Shown here: positions 56,205-64,000 of the stretch, one piece after another
How positions within the stretch are numbered: position 1 is the first letter of the stretch
Layout: the number at the start of each line of letters is the position of its first letter
Origin: a virus
Taxonomy: Duplodnaviria > Caudoviricetes
Direction: 5' to 3' (one strand)
DNA length: 64,000 nucleotides
Virus record (IMG/VR): IMGVR_UViG_3300031867_000021
Coordinates: 1-64,000 of that record
Notes under the pieces: model-generated
The model's input: only the letters and a program-made list of their open reading frames with translations
Told to the model about the DNA's origin: nothing
Database searches by the model: none
Program-made: the position numbers and the translations under genes

Positions 56205-57299
56205 TTATTCCTGAACAGTCACATTGATCTCAATGGACTCGACAGAACCGCAGAAGCAGATCGCAACCTGAATCGGCATACCCTTCCGGGCGCGGCGGTT
56301 CGTTTCAGACTGATTGTCGAAGCTGTCCGCATACAGCGAATAACCCTTTTCCAGGGCATCCCCGGTCGCGATATTGCCGAAGGAGGCTCCACGCCAGATC
56401 CCGGGCTGAATATACCCGGCAGCCACGAAATTTTCCAGAACGCCGGTGATGACAGACATGAACCGGGTGGAGGTTGTGTCATTCTGCGGCAGTTTCCGCT
56501 CGCTGCTGCGCATAAGTGCCAGACAGGCTTCCTGAATTTCGGCGCTGAGCCGGTCCAGAGCGATGACTTCGTCCACGCGCAGAGAGCTTGCGGTCGCACC
56601 GAACTCCAGCATCGTGTGAGAATACCCGCGCACGACATAGACGCTGCAGTTGGCCCCGTGAAGGGTATCCACTTCGGCCTGCGTCAGCGTCGCGGGAGTC
56701 AGTCCGTTGACTTCCTTATACGCGAGCTGCCATGTGGTATCCGCATACTGAGAAGCACAGCCCATGGCCTCGCCCATGACCGCAGCAGCCTCGTTCGCGG
56801 CCGCGCTGTAATGGACATGAGTCCGGCGGCTGAGCCTGGAATCCAGCGTAGACAGAAGCCCGGAGGAAACCACGGTCGCCACGGCTCCGGTCACAGTCGC
56901 GAACTGCATACCGCGATTGATGGTATTCAGATACTCATCGATATCGCCCTGCTGCGCGGCGCTCGCGCCGTCCCAGTAAACGCCATACCACTCATTGCGA
57001 ACATTCCGAATCGCATCCAGAGCGGCGGAAACGCTTTCGCCCTCGCCGGCAGCACCGATAACCAGCATCGCCGGAGTGGGAGTCACGCCGAAATACTTCT
57101 GAGCCGCCAGATAAACACTGCTCGTTGCCGCAAAGTCTTCAGCGACCTTGGCCAGACTTTCATAAGCTTTGGCCCGAATTGCCGTCGTAAACGTCTCCGT
57201 CGCGGCGGTCACAATCAGTCCCACATCATAGTTGGAAGAAGAAGCTGTGGCCGCGGTAACGGATACGTTTACCTTTACTACAGGATCAAGTGTAAGCAT
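56205..57299 (-). CDS. Tail sheath protein (DUF3383-like)
   Basis: VV.VNV; A.KYF...P; PGIW.G...L.KGY; Q...R.ARK. Confidence 0.85.
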   Translation of the reverse strand: MLTLDPVVKVNVSVTAATASSSNYDVGLIVTAATETFTTAIRAKAYESLAKVAEDFAATSSVYLAAQKYFGVTPTPAMLVIGAAGEGESVSAALDAIRNVRNEWYGVYWDGASAAQQGDIDEYLNTINRGMQFATVTGAVATVVSSGLLSTLDSRLSRRTHVHYSAAANEAAAVMGEAMGCASQYADTTWQLAYKEVNGLTPATLTQAEVDTLHGANCSVYVVRGYSHTMLEFGATASSLRVDEVIALDRLSAEIQEACLALMRSSERKLPQNDTTSTRFMSVITGVLENFVAAGYIQPGIWRGASFGNIATGDALEKGYSLYADSFDNQSETNRRARKGMPIQVAICFCGSVESIEINVTVQE

Positions 57300-57322
57300 T
57301 GATTCTTATCCTTTCCGGCGGT

Positions 57323-57883
57323 TTATTCCGCCACGTTAATTCCGACCTCCGGCACCTCTTCCACCGGGGTCATGCCCATCGTCTCGACAGACAGATAGGA
57401 CATTGAGAGCCTGAGATCACACCGCCTGCGCCACAAAGTTCCTTCCAGCTCCGGAACGGAAACTGGCCGGGGCGGCATCATACCGAGCCCATAATTGAGC
57501 ACGATCTTGTTTCTCCTGAGAATCTCTCTCGGGCATCCGTACCCGGTATCGATCATCAGGCGCGACCTGAAATCTTCCACCCGGTCCTCCGCGTTCGGCC
57601 CGTAAAAGGTGAACAGAACGGATACAGGAATCACCTTGGTCACCTCCAGCGCCTCTTCTGCCCCTTTTATAAAAACGCTGTTCAGATCCTCGCTGGTTTC
57701 TTCCTCGACCGCAAAAAAGATTACATCATCGTCGCTGTTGTACTGAGGCGTGGTTACGTCCGGCTCATAGGCAGGCACAATCCGATCCGCTGTGGACTGC
57801 GCATCAGGATCCATGCCAAACGCCGCTGCAGTCGCTTCGTAAACCGCATCCTTAACAACCTTAATCCATCCCAAAGGTACCAC
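57323..57883 (-). CDS. Tail terminator/neck protein
   Basis: FYGPNA...PEL....W..R.D motif; position. Confidence 0.6.
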   Translation of the reverse strand: MVPLGWIKVVKDAVYEATAAAFGMDPDAQSTADRIVPAYEPDVTTPQYNSDDDVIFFAVEEETSEDLNSVFIKGAEEALEVTKVIPVSVLFTFYGPNAEDRVEDFRSRLMIDTGYGCPREILRRNKIVLNYGLGMMPPRPVSVPELEGTLWRRRCDLRLSMSYLSVETMGMTPVEEVPEVGINVAE

Positions 57884-58247
57884 TCCTCACTCTGGTCGCG
57901 TAGGCCACAACGAAGCCCCAGTCTTCCCAATTGTCAACCCGCGTCACACGCCACCAGGAATTCTTGTAGAACACTTCATCCGCTCCGGTCGCTCCGGTTT
58001 CGTCTCTTGTGCCGGCCTGAAGCGTCGTCGTGGTTCGAATCACGATCTGCTCCGAAAGCTTGTCCTCGCTGGAATCCTGACTGGCTGATTTATCCACCGG
58101 CTGAATGTTGCCTGTGGCCTCGATGGGCACGAAACTCTTCTCGACAGTGGCGCGGCTTCGCACCAGTCTGGGCCTGCGAATCGTGAAAGATACGCCTCCA
58201 CCCAGCTCCGGGTCGTCCAGGATTTCGGTTACATCCGGGTTCAGCAT
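57861..58247 (-). CDS. Head-closure/head-tail joining protein
   Basis: DV.E.L.DP...G.IQP...W.DWGF. Confidence 0.6.
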   Translation of the reverse strand: MLNPDVTEILDDPELGGGVSFTIRRPRLVRSRATVEKSFVPIEATGNIQPVDKSASQDSSEDKLSEQIVIRTTTTLQAGTRDETGATGADEVFYKNSWWRVTRVDNWEDWGFVVAYATRVRSGTFGMD

Positions 58248-58265
58248 GGGAACACCTCCCCTCCG

Positions 58266-58736
58266 TTATTTTCTCCGCACCTCATAGGAAATGGAGTTCA
58301 TCAGGGATCCGGTTTCAATCAGCGGCGAATTGAAACCCTTCTTTCTGACCGTTGACGGCGCGTTGGGCGGCGGGATCTTCCCGAACTGCTCTTTGACGGC
58401 CGCCACGCCGATCATTCCAGCCTTTTCGTAATACGGCTGAGCCGCTTCCGGCCCGCTGAGCAGGGCTTTCATCATGCCCTTCCGAATCAGCTGGTTCATC
58501 TGCTTTTTTGTTTCCTTCTCTTCAAGCCCGGCTTTCAGCACATTCCGGGGAGGAATGTTCCGGGCCGGACAGCCATTGCAGTGAAGGTACAGCAGATTCG
58601 CATTCTTGCCGCTGCCTCCGCCTCCGTCAAAAACGCCGATCGCAACTTCCGTGTTCGCGATGAAATCAACCTTTTTCGCGATGTTCAGGAACTCTTTCAT
58701 CTTGTCAAAGGTCATTTTCAGGGTCAGCAGAGTCAT
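58266..58736 (-). CDS. Neck/tail completion protein
   Basis: IPPR..L...PNAPST..KKG...PLI.TG.L..SISY. Confidence 0.7.
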   Translation of the reverse strand: MTLLTLKMTFDKMKEFLNIAKKVDFIANTEVAIGVFDGGGGSGKNANLLYLHCNGCPARNIPPRNVLKAGLEEKETKKQMNQLIRKGMMKALLSGPEAAQPYYEKAGMIGVAAVKEQFGKIPPPNAPSTVRKKGFNSPLIETGSLMNSISYEVRRK

Positions 58737-58747
58737 CGGGCTTCACC

Positions 58748-59023
58748 TCATTTTTTACGAGTGGTTGTTTTCTTCACAACCGGCACTTCCTCGGCCTCTT
58801 CAGAGACTGTCGGAACAGGCCCTTCCCCGGCAGGTTTCAGATAGGGATCTTCCTCCGGCTGCACCTTAACCTCTACCAGCGCACCGGAACTGAGCGCCAG
58901 CCTGAAATACGGGTCTCTCTGGAACTCTTCCGGCACATCCTCCGTCTGCCAAGGATAGATATACATGAACTGACGGTCGTTCCGAAGCTTGATGGCATTC
59001 GGCGTTGTGTTCTTTACGAGCAT
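58748..59023 (-). CDS. Hypothetical virion protein
   Basis: ORF within the head operon. Confidence 0.45.
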   Translation of the reverse strand: MLVKNTTPNAIKLRNDRQFMYIYPWQTEDVPEEFQRDPYFRLALSSGALVEVKVQPEEDPYLKPAGEGPVPTVSEEAEEVPVVKKTTTRKK

Positions 59024-59038
59024 GGTCACACCTCTTCC

Positions 59039-59443
59039 TTACGGTACATATCTGCCGCCGGCAGTCGCGATCTTCAGGAGCTGAATGAGCTGCAACCCGA
59101 AAGCGGTCTGTTTCAGATCCCCGTATCCGGTGATAGAACCGACCGCAGAACCTTCGGATTTGGAAACGCTGACCCCGCCGACAGACTTGCTGAGCGCCTG
59201 CGCCGCAACTCCAGCCCCGGAAAGCTTCTTCATCGCCACGCCATCGGCAAGCCCACTCGGCACTTCCACGAACGTCTGCGCCCACAGCGTGAGCTTATGA
59301 GCCGTGTACAGCCTCCGGGCCTCCTCGGCCGCATCCAGACAATCCATAAAGCGCAGATTAGACTGGTCAATGTACTCATTGATCACCACATCGCTCACGG
59401 TGCTGAACTGCGGATAGAAGGCGAGAAAGTTTTCAAGCGTCAT
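59039..59443 (-). CDS. Head-tail adaptor (DUF4054-like)
   Basis: F...YPQF...LY.AH.L...SKSVG.VS.S...T.FG. Confidence 0.75.
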   Translation of the reverse strand: MTLENFLAFYPQFSTVSDVVINEYIDQSNLRFMDCLDAAEEARRLYTAHKLTLWAQTFVEVPSGLADGVAMKKLSGAGVAAQALSKSVGGVSVSKSEGSAVGSITGYGDLKQTAFGLQLIQLLKIATAGGRYVP

Positions 59444-59805
59444 GCTTCATCTTTCCCCTCTGTTTTAGGCTCTGTGGCCTCTTCAGCGTTCTGGACGGGC
59501 TCCGCTTCATTCTTCTTCCGGGAAGCACGTTTGGGGGCATTCTGAGCCTTTTTCTCGGCAGTGTGGATTTCCTTGCCGTCCGCACCCAGCCCGAGCAGCG
59601 GCTCATTCTCCGCCTGGATCTTGTTATGCGGGGTCACAAACTTCAGCGAGCCATCAGCGGCCAGAAGATCGAACATTCTGGTTTTCTGGATCCACGCGGG
59701 CGCAGAGAGAACGCACCCGAGTTCTTTGGGCTTCACAGCATACACTTCCCCGCCATTTCCCTTGAACTCAGCGGCCACGGCGCAAATGATTGTGATAGTT
59801 TCCAT
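59440..59805 (-). CDS. Hypothetical protein following the capsid gene
   Basis: P.WI....F.L..ADG motif. Confidence 0.5.
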   Translation of the reverse strand: METITIICAVAAEFKGNGGEVYAVKPKELGCVLSAPAWIQKTRMFDLLAADGSLKFVTPHNKIQAENEPLLGLGADGKEIHTAEKKAQNAPKRASRKKNEAEPVQNAEEATEPKTEGKDEA

Positions 59806-59830
59806 TTTTTGCCTCCTGTTTTCTGATAAG

Positions 59831-59866
59831 CCACGGGGCGCAGAGGAAAGCCCCTGCGCCCCATGG
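59831..59866. terminator. Hairpin after the major capsid gene
   Basis: GGGGCGCAG...CTGCGCCCC. Confidence 0.5.
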
Positions 59867-59878
59867 AAAGTCCGGTGA

Positions 59879-60841
59879 TTAGATACCGTCGGCGTAACGG
59901 ACGGTCGTGGGATAAACGAACTGAACCTCGGAGAACTGAGACACGAAGGGCGTATGGAAGCCCATGTTGTGGATCTCAGTCTGCAGGCGCTGCAGCGGGA
60001 CAGACTGGGTGAACCGCACCCGGTCTTCCTCGTTGATATAGCCGACCATGCGGTCGGTATTGCCGGCGCCGATACCCTTGCACCACTTGCTGGGCGAAAT
60101 CACCAGATTGCCGCCCTGCTGATTGGTCAGGTTGTTCTCAAGGATATAGGTCAGGATAGACCGCTCGGAGTCGCTGGAAACCTTCCGGGTCACCAGAGCG
60201 CCGAACTGCTCAACGGGAACCAGAATATGGTTCGGCAGAGCATCGGAAGCGCAGTCGTTGGCCGTCCAGATGGCCGCCAGCAGATCGTTGACATCCGCCA
60301 GGATTTCATCAGCGGTCTTGGTCGCCCAGGTCGCGGTGCCGCCGGCGCCATTCGCCACGGTGCTGCGAACGATCGCGGCATTGTTCAGCAGACCGGTCGT
60401 GTTCGCCTTGCCGAAGCCGACATACACGTTGCGGTCGATGGTCTTATCCAGATGAAGCCGGATACCCTTGTTCATGGTGTCCTCAAGGTTCAGGGCCAGC
60501 TTGCGGAACTTCTGCTGCTCGACATAGCCGATCCGCATGTATTCCTGGAAGTTGAACACCTTGCTGACATCCTTATTGAAGTCAGCCTGCATGACCGGGA
60601 TATCATTGCCGTTCTCCACGAACAGGGCATCATCCTCGCCGCCAGTGGAGGCATAGCTGACATCGATCACAGATACATTCTCGACAAAGCCGCCGCCGGT
60701 GCGGACAGGCATGTCACGGGGCCAGTCTACGCCGGCCAGAGGCTCCATAATCTTGGGATCCAGAAGCTCAAGCTGTTTCTGGAGGAAGGCATAGGAGTCA
60801 GAAACAAAGCGCTTGGAGCGCAGGTTTGCAGTTTTCGTCAT
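59879..60841 (-). CDS. Major capsid protein (DUF2184 family)
   Basis: QLE.LDP.I.EPL...WPRD.P...GLLN...W..KT..EIL.DVN...YP...Y.DGI. Confidence 0.88.
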   Translation of the reverse strand: MTKTANLRSKRFVSDSYAFLQKQLELLDPKIMEPLAGVDWPRDMPVRTGGGFVENVSVIDVSYASTGGEDDALFVENGNDIPVMQADFNKDVSKVFNFQEYMRIGYVEQQKFRKLALNLEDTMNKGIRLHLDKTIDRNVYVGFGKANTTGLLNNAAIVRSTVANGAGGTATWATKTADEILADVNDLLAAIWTANDCASDALPNHILVPVEQFGALVTRKVSSDSERSILTYILENNLTNQQGGNLVISPSKWCKGIGAGNTDRMVGYINEEDRVRFTQSVPLQRLQTEIHNMGFHTPFVSQFSEVQFVYPTTVRYADGI

Positions 60842-60861
60842 TGCTCAATCACCCTCTCTTA

Positions 60862-61332
60862 TTACTGAATGTTCCGGTTAGTGATAACGATTTCAGCGAC
60901 GCCATTCGCGCCAACAGCCGCGCGGAACTTGCAGTTGGTCAGCTCGGTGTTGTCCGTGGAAACCGCGGAGAACTTGCCGTTGGAATCCAGATACACCTTG
61001 CCGCCGACCACGGGAGTGCCGCTCTCGACCTTCACGCAGACAGACCCGCGAACGATGATGGACATGATTTCGCTGTTGCCGTACGCGGCTTCACTTGAGC
61101 CATAGGTTTCGGGGGTCTTGACGCCGATCCGGGTCGCCACACCAAGGAAGGTCGCCATTCCGGCGCCAGAGGCGTATCCGACAGCGCCCTTGTTGGCCGC
61201 ATCCAGGAAAACAGGCGCGCCGAACGGGATGGCATTATTTCCGACATTGGTCATGGAGATGACAATGTCGTCAACGCTCCGGGAAATCGCACCGGGGAAG
61301 GTGTTGATGAAAGTAGACTGTACTTTACCCAT
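60862..61332 (-). CDS. Head decoration/cement protein
   Basis: PG.ISRS...I.FG.PV...RGSV.V; lies between scaffold and capsid genes. Confidence 0.65.
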   Translation of the reverse strand: MGKVQSTFINTFPGAISRSVDDIVISMTNVGNNAIPFGAPVFLDAANKGAVGYASGAGMATFLGVATRIGVKTPETYGSSEAAYGNSEIMSIIVRGSVCVKVESGTPVVGGKVYLDSNGKFSAVSTDNTELTNCKFRAAVGANGVAEIVITNRNIQ

Positions 61333-61365
61333 TTAGATCACTACTCCTTCTTAATCGTCGTCGAA

Positions 61366-62775
61366 TTACTTCTTGTAATTCGCATTGCGGGCAGCCATGA
61401 TCCGCTTGCCCAGATCGGCTTCAGCCTTCCGCTGAGCAGCAGCCTTGTCAGAAGCCTTCTTGCGCTGCTTCAGGGCCAGATAATCATTCCGCTTGGCCTT
61501 AGCGGTCATGCCGCAGCTCTTCCGAATGGAAGCGGCAGCAGCATCGGCAGCAGCCTTGCGCTCGGAGGGAGGCAGCTTGGCAATCAGAGGTTTCACCGCC
61601 TTGACGGCAGCACGCATCGCATCACGGGCACGCTTGTCGGTCACGGGGGCGGTTTTGTTCTCGGCCGCCAGAGCCTCTTCCTCGTCCTCATCCTCTTCGT
61701 TGATTTCTTCGGGATCAACGAAATGGGATTCGGGCTCTTCGGGATCCTCGTCGGGAGCAACCAGCTCTTCCTCGTCGGGATCGGCTTCCTCGTCGGCGTC
61801 GGTTTCGGCCTCTTCGGTCTTTTCCTCGCCCTCGGCCAGTTCGTCCTCCAGCTTCTGCAGAGGATCCTCTTCTGGAGCTTCGTCCAGCAGCTGCTTCGCC
61901 ACCAGCTTCTCCAGCAGACTGATCACCTTGTCCAGCTTGTCCTCATCCACAGCGGGCTTCGCGGCGGGATCCTGAGCTTCCTCTTCATCCTCATCCTCAT
62001 CCTCTTCGGTAGCCGCCTTCTGGGTGGGCATCTTCTGCAGCAGATCGGTGATGGTGTCCAGCTTCTCGGTCACTTCCGCGTCCATCGCCTTCGGCTCTTC
62101 CTTCTCGGGCTCAGAAACGATCTCATCAATCGCCTCTACCGCCTCGGCAACTTCTTCGGGCTCAGCGTCCTTCGCAAAGGAAGCCAGCATCTTAGCCAGG
62201 ATTCCATGTTTGTTCTTGCGCATTCTGTGATTTCTCCTTTCGTTGTTTGGGGCAGAGTCTTTTATGCAAACGCGGTGACCGGCTCGCCCTTTGTCCACAA
62301 TGGCGATATGGTTACCACGGATTTGCCGTTGAACCAGCTTTCCGTCTTCCTCGCAAAGCTCGTAGTTGTATCCGCAGGAAATCTCCCGCTTTCCGTCCAG
62401 AACCTTCTGGATGGTGTCAGGGTCGGTGATGAACAGATCGGCAATCAGCATGTTCTTTTCATCCCCGGTTCCCCGGTGAACATTCTGCACATGCCCGCGA
62501 GAAAGCCATTTGGCATTCTCGGCGGTTACACCCTCATCACCGTCCGGGTGGTCATCCGTGACCGGCAGTCCCTCGAATGAGGCCATCGTCGTTTCAGAGA
62601 AAACCTCTTCCTCCGGGCGATATACGGTGACCATCTCGTCCCCGTCCTGATCCACCTCTTCCGGCAGATACTTTTGCGTTCCTGACCGCGCAATCGGAAC
62701 ATTCACGCAGATGAGATAGCCTTCCGGCTCTCGCTTGCGGATGTTGTCAGATATCCGAGTCGCGTAGTACAGCAT
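61366..62775 (-). CDS. DUF2213 prohead protease/scaffold
   Basis: EGYLIC..VPIAR.G.Q.Y; SFEG.PVT.DHP; EISCGY; NHIAIV..GRAG; acidic scaffold C-terminus. Confidence 0.88.
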   Translation of the reverse strand: MLYYATRISDNIRKREPEGYLICVNVPIARSGTQKYLPEEVDQDGDEMVTVYRPEEEVFSETTMASFEGLPVTDDHPDGDEGVTAENAKWLSRGHVQNVHRGTGDEKNMLIADLFITDPDTIQKVLDGKREISCGYNYELCEEDGKLVQRQIRGNHIAIVDKGRAGHRVCIKDSAPNNERRNHRMRKNKHGILAKMLASFAKDAEPEEVAEAVEAIDEIVSEPEKEEPKAMDAEVTEKLDTITDLLQKMPTQKAATEEDEDEDEEEAQDPAAKPAVDEDKLDKVISLLEKLVAKQLLDEAPEEDPLQKLEDELAEGEEKTEEAETDADEEADPDEEELVAPDEDPEEPESHFVDPEEINEEDEDEEEALAAENKTAPVTDKRARDAMRAAVKAVKPLIAKLPPSERKAAADAAAASIRKSCGMTAKAKRNDYLALKQRKKASDKAAAQRKAEADLGKRIMAARNANYKK

Positions 62776-62800
62776 TTGCATCACCTTCCTTTCTGGCCAC

Positions 62801-62839
62801 AATAAAAGCGCGCCGGTTAAATTCCGGTGCGCTTTATTC
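62801..62839. terminator. Bidirectional terminator-like hairpin
   Basis: AATAAAAGCGCGCCGG-ttaaatt-CCGGTGCGCTTTATT. Confidence 0.65.
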
Positions 62840-62873
62840 CTGTGTATAATCTTAATGGAGTCCTGTTTTTGCT

Positions 62874-63311
62874 TTATTCGCCATCTACATCCATCAGGAA
62901 GTACAACGCCCTGTTGTACTTTGCCTGACGTCTCACGTCCCGCTCCGTGACTTCAGCAAAGCGGGCCAGATTGCTGTTATCAATCAGGTCGGATATCTTG
63001 ACCGCCCGAGCGATCGGATTCCTTTTGACCCGACACAGATAATCAGACCACATTTCACCCTTCCGATGCGTCAAAGCATCAACCGCATCTGCTATTTCGG
63101 CCCCGAATCCATCTCTGATTTCGTCAAGAGATACTTCCGTGTCCTCGACAACATCGTGCAGCCACCCGACAATCTTTTCCTCAGGATTTTTCAGCCTCTC
63201 CGCAACCCTTGCCGGATGGTTGATATACGGTTTCCCGGCCTTGTCGACCGCCCCGGCGTGAACCTTCCTTGCCAAAGCCTCGGCACCATCCAGAAGCTCA
63301 ACGCAGCCCAT
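62874..63311 (-). CDS. HD-domain alarmone hydrolase (Mesh1/SAH-like; Aph1-type candidate)
   Basis: H....DKAG.PY..HP..VA...LHDVVEDT...VK..D..DN. Confidence 0.85.
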   Translation of the reverse strand: MGCVELLDGAEALARKVHAGAVDKAGKPYINHPARVAERLKNPEEKIVGWLHDVVEDTEVSLDEIRDGFGAEIADAVDALTHRKGEMWSDYLCRVKRNPIARAVKISDLIDNSNLARFAEVTERDVRRQAKYNRALYFLMDVDGE

Positions 63312-63317
63312 CCTGCA

Positions 63318-63569
63318 TCAACCTTTCTTTTCGGCCTTTTTGTAGACATCCCGGATCTTTTCCATCCAGTATTCCACATCTTCCTCTGGAACGTCGTCGT
63401 ACCACGTCCAGTCTCCGTTCCCTTCAGCAATACTGTCCTTTACCGGAGTGCGTTCCCATTCTCCCGGAACATCCGGCCGGAAAGTATAGCATTTTCCGCC
63501 GTCAAACCGGATCAACGTCATAAATCCATTGCTTTTGTTGATCATGTAGACATAATCAGTCTTTGCCAT
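63318..63569 (-). CDS. Small putative immunity protein
   Basis: Between the toxin domain and the HD hydrolase; RBS GAGGAGG. Confidence 0.5.
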   Translation of the reverse strand: MAKTDYVYMINKSNGFMTLIRFDGGKCYTFRPDVPGEWERTPVKDSIAEGNGDWTWYDDVPEEDVEYWMEKIRDVYKKAEKKG

Positions 63570-63612
63570 CGATTCCGCCCTCCTCTCCGGGCCCTCTTCC
63601 GGGCCCATATAC

Positions 63613-63641
63613 ATTATAACCTATTTTATAATTCCTGTCAC
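63613..63641 (-). promoter_or_regulatory. Internal promoter for the immunity genes
   Basis: GTGACA-17 bp-TATAAT just after the toxin stop codon. Confidence 0.6.
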
Positions 63642-63649
63642 CTGCTTTT

Positions 63650-64000
63650 TCAGGGGAAATTCTTAATTCTTTCAATGTTTCTGGGCCTTTTTAAACCTGA
63701 CATATTATTATACATAATATTGCCAAGCTCGTCCTTCCGCTTCTGTGCCGTTTCCGGCTTTCTCTGCTCTTCGTACTGAGGATGCTGCACTTCCTTGCCG
63801 ACCAAGCTCTCCGGCGTATGGAACTGAAGCTCGAATCTCGTGCCGGTCGGTGATTCGAATACGCAGTTAACACCACGATAAGCTTTTTTGATGGAATAAC
63901 TGTCCCACGTATTCTTGACTTTTACGGTTTTGTACCCCTTGGCTTCGAGCGCCTTTTGAGTCTTCTCGAAATGCTCCACCAGATTGTCAGTCGTACATGC
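63650..64000 (-). CDS. C-terminal RelA/SpoT-like nucleotidyltransferase toxin domain, probably of a MuF minor head protein (partial)
   Basis: KVKNTW...YRGVN......G..FELQFHTPES; open to the window edge; located just upstream of the head genes. Confidence 0.75.
   Translation of the reverse strand, partial: ACTTDNLVEHFEKTQKALEAKGYKTVKVKNTWDSYSIKKAYRGVNCVFESPTGTRFELQFHTPESLVGKEVQHPQYEEQRKPETAQKRKDELGNIMYNNMSGLKRPRNIERIKNFP

Noticed and set aside
1-64000. Genome-wide TAG reassignment (genetic code 15)
   Set aside because: Large genes are intact in the standard code and TAG terminates several genes (10853, 13305, 18774, 37422, 55175); only one internal TAG was found
1-64000. tRNA, rRNA or IS elements
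   Set aside because: None recognised by eye; a tRNAscan/Infernal run would be needed to exclude them

Overview
The whole window is tailed-phage DNA, probably from a Bacillota (Clostridia-like) host, and is almost entirely minus-strand. Reading from 64000 down to 1, there are six blocks. (1) The 3' end of a RelA/SpoT-like toxin domain followed by two putative immunity genes (MuF/Apk2-type arrangement). (2) A near-complete myovirus morphogenesis module: DUF2213 scaffold/protease, DUF2184 capsid, sheath, tube, a -1 frameshifted tail chaperone, tape measure, baseplate and fibres. (3) A tail fibre whose AT-rich C-terminal cassette is bracketed by two tyrosine-recombinase-like core sites and sits next to a XerC/D-like recombinase gene. 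(4) A lysis module. (5) About 20 kb of small early/accessory genes driven by five near-consensus sigma70 promoters, ending in an array of modular 'LLKEQ' mini-genes. (6) A P4-type primase-helicase, VRR-NUC and SNF2 replication block, followed by a second, unrelated podovirus-like head/tail module (terminase, portal, N4-gp56-like capsid, tail tubular proteins). The strongest candidate for a new system is recombinase-mediated exchange of the tail-fibre receptor-binding cassette (38.8-42.8 kb). All family assignments come from motif recognition and gene order by eye; no database searches were run.
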